34,885 bases of DNA from Octopus bimaculoides (lineage: Eukaryota), in contig NC_068997.1 of the NCBI RefSeq assembly GCF_001194135.2, forward strand, positions 9,474,219 through 9,509,103. Direction: 5' to 3'. Below, piece by piece: positions 1 through 10,837 of this stretch; position 1 is the stretch's first letter; each line of letters begins with the position of its first letter. The notes beneath the pieces were generated by a model, which was not told the DNA's origin, did no database searches, and saw only the letters and a list, made by a program, of their open reading frames with translations. Made by a program: the position numbers and the translations under genes.

Positions 1-182
1 AATAGAAGATGTGAACTCAGAGAACCATGTGGCAATCACATAAAGCTCTTCTAATGGACATAGTTATCAGACCACATTGTAATCCAATATAGAGAAATGT
101 AATGCAGAGAAGTGTAATCCTAAGGATGTTGGTGGTTAAATAAATATATTCATTTTGCATAACTCCTGACTTTTTACGGTTT

Positions 183-230
<48 letters not shown>

Positions 231-338
231 TGCAGGCTGATGAGTATGTGTTACATGTGGCCTACCAGCACAAAAATATCCTTGTATGTACAGGGAAGGT
301 GGCATCACCTCTCACCCAAAGGGTTTTGCCCATGCAGC

Positions 339-373
339 ATTCCTGACGAAGGATTGAATCTGAAAAGTTGGAT
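339..373 (+). ncRNA. Degenerate minimal type-I hammerhead ribozyme-like motif (Penelope-like element type)
   Basis: Order of elements: ATTC (stem I) - CTGACGA core - A - GGATT-G-AATCT (self-complementary stem II) - GAAA - AGTT - GGAT (pairs with ATTC with one G.U). It differs from the minimal ...CCGAAACGT... pattern at two positions, 361 and 366, both putative CpG sites. Confidence 0.4.
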
Positions 374-491
374 ATTCCACTTCTCACAGCAAATTCACTT
401 CACCCCTTTCACTTTTATATATATGTGTGTTTGTATACATATGTGTGTGTGTATATATATATGTATGTATATGTATACACACACACACACA

Positions 492-596
492 TATATAGAC
501 AATGCCATAAGAAACAAGGTGAGAAATGAAGCAGGTAAGAAAAGCAAAATAATATGCTGCACAAATACCAATTCAAAGAGAAATTTTACTAGAAAA

Positions 597-642
<46 letters not shown>

Positions 643-1148
643 TCATCATCGATGATGATGATATATATATATATATATAGTTACATATATATACATATTT
701 TTGTGTCGTAGAATTTCACTTTCCTTACCCATTCCTTTTATCTCCTTTTTTAGATGTTATTTTGTATGTGTTTGTATCAATCATTTTTAGTTCTTTGCTA
801 AAGAAATTCATTCTACTTGATATATTGGCAATTCTTCAGCTTCAACATCTAGTTTTTGTCGCCTAGCAACTCAAGAAAATATGGTGAATTTTCACCACCC
901 TCTAAAATGCCCAAATGCATATTTCCCCTAATTCTTACTGCTTATGAAACACTTCCTTGAAAATTCTAAAATCTTATATTATTATTTCAATGGTTTTGCT
1001 CGCTTGCATAAAGAAAATTCCAATTTTTATCTTTTATAATGTTTTTCCTGTAAGATTTCTCTTTGAATTGATATTTGTGCAGCATGTTATTTTACTTTTC
1101 TTACTTGCTTCATTTCTCACCTTGTTTCTTATAGCATTGTCCATATAT
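492..1148. repeat. Long inverted repeat (arms ~492-598 and ~1039-1148); possible MITE or foldback relic
   Basis: GACAATGCCATAAGAAACAAGGTGAGAAATGAAGCAGGTAAG... at 498 matches the reverse complement of the 1040-1142 region with about 8 mismatches in ~100 nt, counted by eye. Confidence 0.9.
622..679. repeat. Perfect spacerless 58-bp palindrome (TA)n-CATCATCATC|GATGATGATG-(AT)n
   Basis: Base-by-base complementarity around the centre at 650/651. Confidence 0.9.
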
Positions 1149-2087
1149 TTGGTTGCCATGTAAATTGAAACGCAAAAGATACAGTCAGGTATACTTTAAC
1201 ACACATACTCTCTCTCTCATACACACATACGAAACTAAATGATGTGACATCAGCACTGCAGAGAAAAGCTTCTTTTTCCAGTCTAAACACACATCTAAAA
1301 TATATCAAACTAACAGAGATCTGAGTTTTTTGACAAATATAAACATTTCAAGAAGCATTTGCTATGATACTGGAAGCCACACCATCATCACCACCAAAGA
1401 AAACAACATACTATGTCACATATAACATTAACCCATGAATACAACTCACTACTGAATGTTTTTTATCCACCAACGCAACAACAAAGCTGGACATTTCTAC
1501 CTTCCCCCCCAAAAAACTACAAATTCATTTTCTTTTATTTTTATTTTCCCCAGTTTATTTTCTCTTTTTCTCCTTTTGTTCTTTATTTCACACTTTTTGA
1601 CTTCACCTTCATCTACTTCGCTTGCCCTTATACTATCTCTTTTGCACTAGCATGTGTATACATGCAACTGTGTGCATGCGTATATACGTATAGGTGGTCG
1701 TGCAGATATATGCACAAAAGTATCTCCACATCCATATAGAGGTATGTACAATCTTGTGTGTGAGCATATGTGTGTGTGTGTATGTGTGTGTATGTACATG
1801 TGTGAATGGAAATACAAACATAAAACTGATGACACACACATAAGAATTGCAGCTAAATATTACAACACTTCTATGACAAAATTTCATAAGAAAAGCATTC
1901 TTCAAGTGGACGTAGTTCATATGAAGGTCTCGCTTTCAATGCACACAAGCACACACATACCTATATTTACTGACACACATCTACACATTTCTGAAAATAT
2001 GTAAAAAAAATATATATACTTGAAATACAAATATCTACAGTTTAATTGTAAACAGACCCATCCAAATCTTCCATGTGTGTATGTGTG

Positions 2088-2127
<40 letters not shown>

Positions 2128-2517
2128 TGTATATATGAATATATAAATATATATATAAATATGTATATATAAATATATATATATTCATATATTTATATAT
2201 ATCTATATATATATATAAATATATAAATATATATACATATATATATAACGTATATACATATATATATGTGTATTATATGTTTGTTGGCTTGTGTGTTTCG
2301 TGTTTATAAAGTTACTTACAAACATGCATGTGTTATGTGCATGTGTGTGTGTGTGTGTGTGTGTGCACTGGAACTGTTGTCTTTTAACAATATTGTATTT
2401 GGATTAAACGTTATACAGCTGGATTCAGGCATGGACTATAAAATTTGTTCTCAATATAAACTAAGGTTTCAAATAAAAATAAAAGTTAAATAATAATAAA
2501 TACAATAAAAATAAAAG

Positions 2518-2650
<133 letters not shown>

Positions 2651-3778
2651 ATAGATTTCAGATCAGGATTAAAAAGAAAGAATATATTCAAAAGCTATAT
2701 AAAATTGGAATTATCCGAACCACTTGAGAAATACTTACAGAAAAAATGTCAGATGTCCTATAAAGCCAACTAAGAATCATTTAATCTGGTAAAAACTCAT
2801 TATTTCTCTAAAGCTAAAGCAGTAAAAAAACAACAACAATGACAAAAACAAAACAAAAGACACAAAAACTCAAAATGCTTAGGTAGAAATTAAGTGCATC
2901 AATCATTAGTTTCTTACTGAGTTCAGTCTGTCTGTCACCCTCTCTCTCCCTCTTCCCTCCACCAGTATACATGTGTGCGTGTGTGCGCGTGTGTCATAAA
3001 CAAACATATATACATACGCATGTGTTTGTGTGTGCATGTTTATATATTTATGTATTTATATATATTTTACACATGCATGTGTATGTGTGTATGTATATAT
3101 ATATATATACACACATACACACACACATACATATATATATGTAGGTATGTATATGTAGACATGCACATACATGCATATTTGTGTACAAATGTATGTGCAT
3201 ATCCCCCTTTCCATTTCTCTCTCTCTCTCCACCACTTTCAATATTCAGGATTTACAGTAAATTAAATGATTTTGCTTTATCAGAAAGCCAACTTGGCATT
3301 ATTGAAACAATTAGCAAGTGTGAATTTAGTAAAGGTGATGATAAAAATGGGAGGGAAAAAAAAAACTTCTTTTTCTTTTGCTCTTCTATTTCTTTTAGTT
3401 CTTTTTTTATTACTGAATTCAATTCATTATATTTTATTTTAACATTTTATTTCATTTTATTCTGCCTTCATTTTCTTTTTATTTAACTCAAAAGAAGTAA
3501 AGACAGACAAGCAGACAGAGAGGCAAGCAGGCCAGCAGTTGTGTGTTATGGAGACTGGTGTTTATTAATATGAAGGAGGATGAGAGTGGAAGAGAGGTCA
3601 GATCGTGAGGAAGATATTATGAAAATTCATGGCTGGGAAGAGTACAGTTGTTTATTGATCAGATAAAATAGAGAAAAGTAGTGTCATTAATATCAATTTA
3701 CAACAATAGTTTCTGCTCCCAGGTTAAATTTTCAAATTAAGAAACAAAAAAAAAACACAACAACAATGATAATAATAC

Positions 3779-3979
3779 AGGCACAAGGTCTGAAATTTGC
3801 AGAGAGAGGATTAGTCGATTACATTGACCCCCTGTGTTTCACTGGTATTAAATTTATTGACTCTGAAAGGATGTAATGCAAAGTCAACCTCAGTGGAATT
3901 TGAACTCAGAACGTAAAGATTGACGAAATGCACCTCAGCATTTTGCTCAGCATGCTAAGGATTCTGCCAATTCACTACC

Positions 3980-3980
<1 letters not shown>
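3779..3980 (-). mobile_element. tRNA-derived SINE, family A (near full length)
   Basis: Contains GAAAGGATGTAATGCAAAGTCAACCTCAGTGGAATTTGAACTCAGAAC (reverse complement includes B-box GAGTTCAAATTC). The same body recurs more than 10 times in the window. It is followed by (AAT)n. Confidence 0.85.
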
Positions 3981-4036
<56 letters not shown>

Positions 4037-5072
4037 TATTAACACAGCCAACCAAACTTGGATGTGTTGTTTACAATGTTGTAGTCTGCAGTAAACATCC
4101 CAAAACCTTGTGTGTAGATGACAAATGCTAAAGACACAGATTACATCGGTTGACAAAATTTCGTCAGCACCAGCAGATGGCACTGTTGTATCATGTGATT
4201 TCACTGTCAATTGTAGCTCATCTGCAACAGACAACCAACCAAATACTGAATGCCAGATCAAAAATCAGTCAAACTAATATAGTCTAACACAGGCCAAACA
4301 GTCAATGATGTCACAAATAACTGGTGGGTTGTCCATTTTATAATTCTTGCATGAATCAGAAAGAATTTGTTGGGGTAAAATGACAACAATAATGATGGTG
4401 ATGATGATGATAATTATGATAATCATTAGAATTGAAGGCAACTGACTTGATAGCGAGCAGTCAGTCTGTCTGTCTGTCTGTCTCAAGAATCTGACAATGT
4501 TTCCTACAAGTGTATTGCATCCTTGAGAACAACACTACAGAGTCGACAGCTCAGTCTGCTTAACAGAAACTAGTAAACAATGACTAAGTACATTTCACTA
4601 GGAAATGTTTTTATCTATTTGCTTCCACAGCTGGACTCTTAAATAATTGTCTGTACAAGATGGCATTGATTGACACAGTAATAATTGCGCAGACCAAGAG
4701 ATAAATATCTCTCATCTTGTTAGTACTACAAAAACCATGGACAAATATTGGCCTCACCACCACCGTCGACAAAAGAAAGGAAACTAAACAGAGTCCCCAT
4801 GGACTAACTTATTGTTTAAAAGAAAAGGAAGGAAATTTCAACAGTATTGTAATTATGTAGTTGTTTGTATCCTTTGGTCAATTCTTTAGCAAACGCCAAC
4901 TGTTTTTGATCTCGTCTAATCTAAGCGAGTTTACTTCCCCACCTCATGTACAATTAGCTCTATTTTGTCTTCAATTGAACATTTCTTATCTAATCTATAT
5001 AACTGTTATTTCAAAGGAAGTTTAATTTATTCCAACTGAATCAAACTTTTTGAAGTAAACTGAAAGAAGTAA

Positions 5073-5087
5073 ATGCAACGCAGAATG
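5073..5087 (+). CDS. Candidate first coding segment MQRRM of an unidentified spliced gene
   Basis: An in-frame TAA at 5070-5072 precedes ATG CAA CGC AGA ATG, followed by a strong donor |GTGAGT at 5088. Its phase-0 end matches the candidate exon at 5506. No homology support. Confidence 0.2.
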
Positions 5088-5364
5088 GTGAGTGTTGTTA
5101 ATCTAAGGCATGAAAGTAAATTGCTGTAAGAGCAGCAACTGGCAGCAGCTCATCATTTTTTAAAATCTATAATCATAACATTCAAATCAACATGGCTACT
5201 TCTTATATGCAATGACAGACTACTGAAATATTCAACTACTATTTTTTGGTTGAATTTATACTCAGTCTTTACAATTACAGATCTAGTATAATGGTGGTGG
5301 AATTGACAAAAATAACAAATAACCAAATCATTGAGCTTTTCCATATTATAGGTTCTGTCTGTCA

Positions 5365-5505
5365 ATACTTTGAGTTCAAATCCAGCCAGGGTTTATTTTT
5401 GCCTTTCTGCTCTCCATAATTAATAAAATAAGGACTAGCAACATACTGGGGCTTATTCTATTGATTTTTGCTCCACCAATATTGGAGTTACGTTTGACAC
5501 TTTAG
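5365..5505 (+). mobile_element. Degenerate SINE family A fragment
   Basis: TTTGAGTTCAAATCC...TTTTGCCTTTC...AATAAAATAAGGACTAG...ACTGGGG is colinear with the copy at 27812. Confidence 0.6.
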
Positions 5506-5623
5506 TTGCAAAAGCCTTCATATTATGATATGAAAAAGAGGAAAAAGAACAATCGCATGCAAACTGCTTCTATTTGGCAAGATCTGACAGTAATTAAAAG
5601 AAGTGCCTGGAGGGCAATTACAG
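5506..5623 (+). CDS. Candidate exon LQKPSYYDMKKRKKNNRMQTASIWQDLTVIKRSAWRAIT(G/D)
   Basis: Acceptor CACTTTAG| and donor ACAG|GTAATA flank 118 nt with a single open frame (phase 0 to 1). Caveat: the acceptor overlaps the probable SINE 3' end. Product not recognised. Confidence 0.3.
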
Positions 5624-6496
5624 GTAATATAATTGCAAGGAATGTGGTACAAATAAATTCAAAGAACTTGTTTCTAACAATACAATAATTCTAACACTTA
5701 TACATATATAAAGATTATGGCCTTTTAACTAATCCAAAGAAATCGATATTGTAGATATGTAGCAGATAAGTCTTAACTTAAATTCTTCTGTCCTTGTTAG
5801 TCTTTCTTAACATACTTGACAAGAATTCTTCACATTTTAGACATCACACCACAAAACCAACCATTTCTATAGACAGGGGAACCAGTCCGTCATCAACAAA
5901 AGCATTTGTTTCTTAAACTCCTACCTACTTCCTATAATTGATACAGAAACTCTCATTAAGTTGTCAAGGCAACACTATTCTCCAACCACTTCCTTTGAAC
6001 AAACTATCATCACAAGAATTTAGTACGTTTGCCCTGGACTACTTCACCATTATTTGATGCAAAAGAATACTATAGTTCAAAGAATTTATTCAAGGAAACA
6101 AATTAAAATTTCCAAGAACTGCTAGTTCTCTAGGTTAAAACCATACAAGAAAGATGGAAAATCTGTGAGATTTTCAGATTAAAGATTTCCAGTGAAATTG
6201 AACAAATAAGATAGTCTGAAAGTAACCGAGAGAAGCAATTAAATTCTGGTAAGTGAGATCAAACTTGAGAAAACTAATAAATTGGAATAACAGACACCAG
6301 GTGTTGTATGCAAGAGATATAGCAATGGCTATGAGATTATAAATGATAAAGATGGTCCTTTAGCAGGTATATTGTTCACGATAGTCAGGATAAAAAGGTG
6401 TAAGGTAAGTGTGGAATGAAAGAGGAGAGAAATATAGGAGTTGTAATTTACAGTAAGATGACACTGGAAGAGCAATATTATGGATGTTTCTAAGAA

Positions 6497-6568
6497 ATGA
6501 GCTAGCAGAATCTTTAGCATGCCAGGTGAAATGCTTGGCAGCTTTCTATCTGTCTTTATATTCTGAAG
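6497..6568 (+). mobile_element. SINE family A 5' head fragment
   Basis: ATGAGCTAGCAGAATCTTTAGCATGCCAGGTGAAATGCTT matches the heads at 12907 and 27812. Confidence 0.65.
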
Positions 6569-6640
6569 CCTAGCAACATGTATGTGGAGAGTTTAATTGC
6601 TATAATGAACACAAAAAAAAAGTTGTCATCATTATCATCA

Positions 6641-6895
6641 ACCCTTGGATATAACTGTTATGAGTCCCAGAACTCAAAGAGCTGGTTACTCAGTTTCCAT
6701 GGTGCATAAGCGACTGAGACCACAACACTCTCCCTGGATGGGATGCCAGTCCATTGCAGGGTTACTCATTTACAGCTAAGTGGGCTGTATTTGAGCAACA
6801 TGAAATGAAGTGTTTTGCACAAGAACACAACCCAGTCAAGAAATTGAAACCATGATCTTGCAGTCATGAGTGCAACACCCTAACCACAAGGCCAT
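6641..6895 (-). mobile_element. tRNA-derived SINE, separate family
   Basis: Reverse complement begins TGGCCTTGTGGTTAGGGTGTTGCACTCATGACTGCAAGATCATGGTTTCAATT (A and B boxes). The body CCCTGGATGGGATGCCAGTCCATTGCAGGGTTAC resembles metazoan tRNA-SINE bodies as I recall them. Confidence 0.7.
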
Positions 6896-7103
6896 TTTCC
6901 TTTACATTTGCAAACTGCAAGAGCAGAAAATAATAAGGAACTGAGACTATAGATGGCACTAACACAGTGGAGTAGCTAAACAATATGAGAAAACATTTAC
7001 AAGTTGTTGATGTCTCTGATGATTTAATGGAAATAATAGATAAGATCTAAGAATATACCAAATACTGGAGGTAGAGATTGTGACAGCAAAGACACTAGTA
7101 TTT

Positions 7104-7152
<49 letters not shown>

Positions 7153-7162
7153 NNNNNNNNNN
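7153..7162. other. Assembly gap (10 N) inside (AG)n
   Basis: Seen directly. Confidence 1.
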
Positions 7163-7202
<40 letters not shown>

Positions 7203-7303
7203 GAAGTATTTGAATAATGGTTGCCTCTATTGGATGACTTCTTTAAAGAATTTCCACATCTATTTGAGAATGTGTGTACAAAGGATTACTGATTTCAAGT
7301 TTT

Positions 7304-7470
7304 AGCACAAGGCCAGCAATTTTGGCAAAGGAAATCTGCATCGACCCCAGTGTTCCACTGGTACTTGTTTAATTGACACTGAAAGGATGAAAGGCAAAGT
7401 CAACCTCGGTGGAATCTGAGATCAAATTCCACCAGATACCCTTTGCCTTTCATCCTTTCAGAGTTGATAA
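7304..7470. mobile_element. Two SINE family A bodies fused head-to-head as a foldback
   Basis: A minus copy at 7304-7419 is joined directly to a plus copy at 7420-7470. CTGAAAGGATGAAAGGCAAAG (7379-7399) is the exact reverse complement of 7441-7461. Confidence 0.9.
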
Positions 7471-7651
7471 CAAAAAAAAAATTATTAAAAAACTTAAGAG
7501 AGGAAGAGCTGTTCTGATTAGAGGGGAATGAAATAAATATGTTAAATGTGCAGCAGACTCTGTTGTCTGATTCAGCACCACCATCAGTCCCTTGAACCTT
7601 TTTGATACCAATCCACCTGAGACAGCTCCTGCTTCTGTGACACACATTCTT

Positions 7652-7819
7652 CTTTTAAAGTGGTCTAAATTAAAACTTTCAATCAATATTTCATGTTAAT
7701 TTGTTCTAAAAACCAGCATAATAAGGAAAATATATTTTACTATATTCTTCATTATTTTCAAAATTAATTGAAACAAAAGCAGTGAATTTCAACAGAAATA
7801 TGGTAACAAAAAGGCTTAA
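7652..7819 (-). mobile_element. TTAA-ended MITE fragment (piggyBac-type end), same family as 19423
   Basis: Reverse complement reads TTAAGCCTTTTTGTTACCATATTTCTGTTGAAATTCAC...AATTAATTTTGAAAATAATGAAGAAT, colinear with the 19423 copy. Confidence 0.8.
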
Positions 7820-8582
7820 GTGCCTTTAGCAGAGTCCATTCTATTGTCAGTATTCAAGGTCAGATTTGGGGGATATTTTCCTGCCTCACACATATTTCAG
7901 AGGCTCCATGAAGAGTCATAGACACTACTTGCCCTCATGATTTTAAAAAAAACAAAAACGCTGATGGAAGTGGCTGAACATAGGTAATTTGAGAAAGTAG
8001 AAGAATTATTAAGAACATTGGCTGATATACCATACTGGTATAAATGGAAATATGAATATACCAGAATAAAATATGATTATAATAATACATAAATGAAATG
8101 AAGTAGCTGAGTAAGACTTGAGAAAAATTATGTCTCACTTTACTTGAAGAGATAAGAAGATCAAGAGACATCGAAACTAAATAAACCACAGACAAATCAA
8201 TCCATGACATGCAAAAAAAAATAAAATAATGAATGGAAAAAAAAAAAAACCCATTGATGGTGATGATGGAATAATGATGATGGGACATCAATCTAGTGTC
8301 TAAAGATGTGTTCTAAGATGTTCAAAGGGGTTTTTTTTTTTATGTTTTTCACTGTTTTTCAATAATGTGAATTTAAGACAGCAGTTCCAGGTTATTGTGG
8401 TAACAAGAAAGTTTACATTTAATCTATTTGGTAGCATATTTTGTCAAGCACAAAATGGATATTATGACACTTTCATATTAATATTTATAGCCTAGAAAAA
8501 AAGTGCAGTATATTTCAATAAGGGGAAATAAAGGTTGCAGATGTTGCAGATAAAATTACACTAATTACAATAATGAAAACAA

Positions 8583-8583
8583 C

Positions 8584-8655
<72 letters not shown>

Positions 8656-8659
8656 CATC

Positions 8660-8703
<44 letters not shown>
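8583..8703. repeat. Inverted microsatellite (AAT)n-CATCG-(TTA)n
   Basis: Seen directly. The two tracts are reverse complements of each other. Confidence 0.95.
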
Positions 8704-8705
8704 CA

Positions 8706-8830
8706 GCTTTTCTACTAAAGGCACAAGGCTTGAAATTTGGGGGCGGAGGAGGACTAGTCAATTACATCGACCCCAGTATTTCACTGGTATTTAATTCATC
8801 AACCCTGAAAGGATGAAAGGCAAAGTCAAA
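8706..8830 (-). mobile_element. SINE family A, 5'-truncated
   Basis: GCTTTTCTACTAAAGGCACAAGGC...CCCTGAAAGGATGAAAGGCAAAGTCAA. Confidence 0.85.
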
Positions 8831-8918
8831 TAAAAATAATGATGATGATGATGATGATACTAACATCATCAATGACATCAACAATAAGCAAGCATTCACA
8901 CACATACAATCTGCATAG

Positions 8919-8974
8919 ATGAAAATGGTATCATAATGGGCATCCGTCGTCACACTTGGGCGACATTGGAAGTG
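8919..8974 (+). CDS. Candidate exon (D)ENGIIMGIRRHTWATLEV
   Basis: Acceptor TCTGCATAG| (weak pyrimidine tract) and strong donor GTG|GTGAGC. It is 56 nt, phase 1 to 0, and carries three CpGs in ~20 nt against a CpG-poor background. Phase-compatible with the candidates at 5506-5623 and 19796-19832. Confidence 0.4.
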
Positions 8975-9557
8975 GTGAGCATTAAAAGACTGCAGCCATG
9001 AAAAAACATGACACTTTCTGCAAGAATGGTGGGAAAGTGCTACATTTTCTAATAATAGAATATATATGCATATACTAGTCAGACTGTAATAATGGACAAA
9101 AGAAAAGTTTTAAAGCCATGATAAGTGAATAACTGAGAATCAAAGAAATATAAAAGCACATAAGAAACAAAAAAAAACAAAAAAATTATGGGAGTAAAAG
9201 TAAGAAAACAATAACAACTACAAAACAATGAATGTATCATGAGATGAGAAAGGAAAGGTTATGAAAGGGGGCAACGAAGATATGCTTAAAGAAGAATTGA
9301 AAATAATTGTATGGAAGAGATAGATTTGATAAATACCATCGCCTTCATCGCTTAAATTAAGAAAGATAGTTTAGTATTGATTTATTGAATAATTATAGCT
9401 AACGAAAAGAAAAGAAAGGAGAGAAAAAAATACATGAGACAGAAATAAGAAGATAGACATGTTAGAAGAAATAGATTAAAACTGCATAGATGAAAGAGAA
9501 GAAGAGTGGAACTATTCCAAAATACAACAACAGACAGATGAAGTGGACAAATGAGAA

Positions 9558-9700
9558 GACAGGAAAACAGTCAATACAATAGATAGACAGAGAGAGAGAC
9601 AGACAGACAGAAAACAGTCGATATGATAGACAGAGAGAGAGGAAGAGAGCGACAGAAAACAGTCAATTTGATAGACTCACTGAGAGAGAAAGAGAGAGAA
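9558..9700. repeat. Three-unit minisatellite (~45-48 bp period) with an (AG)n-rich linker
   Basis: The core GACAG(G)AAAACAGTC(A/G)AT followed within a few bases by ATAGA occurs at 9558, 9606 and 9651. Confidence 0.8.
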
Positions 9701-9908
9701 TAGGAGAGAAAGAGTGAGAATGAAATGGTGAGGGGTGGGGGTGGGCTAATTAAATTGACAGACATACTAAGTAGACAGATGAGAGAAAATTTGGTTGAGG
9801 AGGAGTTTTAGTAGATGGAGAAGAAAAAATGGTTGGGTGGTTTGTAGAGAGTTAATTCAGATCAATTGAACTGCTTGGCAAATAGCAATAAATAAATAAA
9901 TAAATGAA

Positions 9909-9951
<43 letters not shown>

Positions 9952-10139
9952 ACAAACAAAGTGTGGAGACTGGTGTTGTTAAGCATATTATGAAGAAAAG
10001 TGGGGACGGAAGCAAGGCATCTTATGTTTTTGGGTTATGTGAACAGCGCCTTCTTTAGTGTTTCATATCAATGCAGCAGAATTTTGGTACTTAACATTGA
10101 TTAGGGAATTAGACAAATTAGTTAGAAGGTACACAAACT

Positions 10140-10176
<37 letters not shown>

Positions 10177-10273
10177 CAGAAAGTCAAGATTAAAAGAGAG
10201 AGAAAGAAAGGGAATAAAATAATGGAGAAGGGCTGAGTTGACCTCAATGTATTACTGGAATTTCATTTATCAT

Positions 10274-10660
10274 AGGAGCAAGTATGGCTGTGTGGTCAAC
10301 AAGCTTACTTTGTAACCATATGGTTTCAGGTTCAGGCCCAGTACACAGGACCCTGGGCAAGTGTCTCCTACTGTAGCCTTGGACCGACCAATACCATGTG
10401 AGTGACTTGGATAAATGAAAACTATGTGGAAGCCCATCATGTCTGTTTGTGTTTGTATGTCTGTATTGCCCACCATTGCTTGACAATCAATGTTGGTTTT
10501 TTTGTTCATGTCCCTGTAACTTGGCAGTTTAACAAAAGAGACCTATAGCATATGTACCAGACTAAAAAAAAAAAATTTAAATAAGAAATCCTGGGATTGA
10601 TTTGACTAAAACCCTTCAAAGTGGTGGCCCAGCATGGCCACAGTCCAATGATTGAAGATG
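10274..10660 (+). mobile_element. tRNA-derived SINE, family B (near full length)
   Basis: Head TATGGCTGTGTGGTC...GGTTTCAGGTTCAGGCCC and body CCTGGGCAAGTGTCTCCTACTGTAGCC...CCTGTAACTTGGCAGTT...CCAGCATGGCCACAGTC. Related copies lie at 23165, 23735 and 29330. Confidence 0.8.
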
Positions 10661-10837
10661 ACAAACTTTGAAAGACAAAGTCAAAATTAACTCCAGTTAG
10701 AACAATGTCAAGTCTTTTAGAAGAGAATTAAGATGTCAGAAAATGATGGAATATAAATACTACAAACTTTTTTCTCCAATACTCTGCCAATTCTGCTATC
10801 CACCATTTTAATAATAATAATAAAAAAAAATAATAAT

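Noticed and set aside
7935-8291. Purine-rich stretch resembling a decayed ORF on + and a 118-aa ORF on -
   Set aside because: Multiple stops on + with no recognisable motif. The - ORF is compositionally biased (F/I/L/S/Y), as expected antisense to A-rich DNA.
8919-8974. Gap-free similarity of DENGIIMGIRRHTWATLEV to the septin segment NGKRILGRKTKWGTIEV
   Set aside because: I found no upstream PFAV(V/I)GS or AKAD exon and no downstream ENxxHC(D/E)F exon in the window. A septin HMM search would settle it.
3550-9977. Shared GGAGACTGGTGTT at 3550 and 9965, both after tetranucleotide repeats
   Set aside because: Too short to support a family; it may be an old repeat relic or chance.
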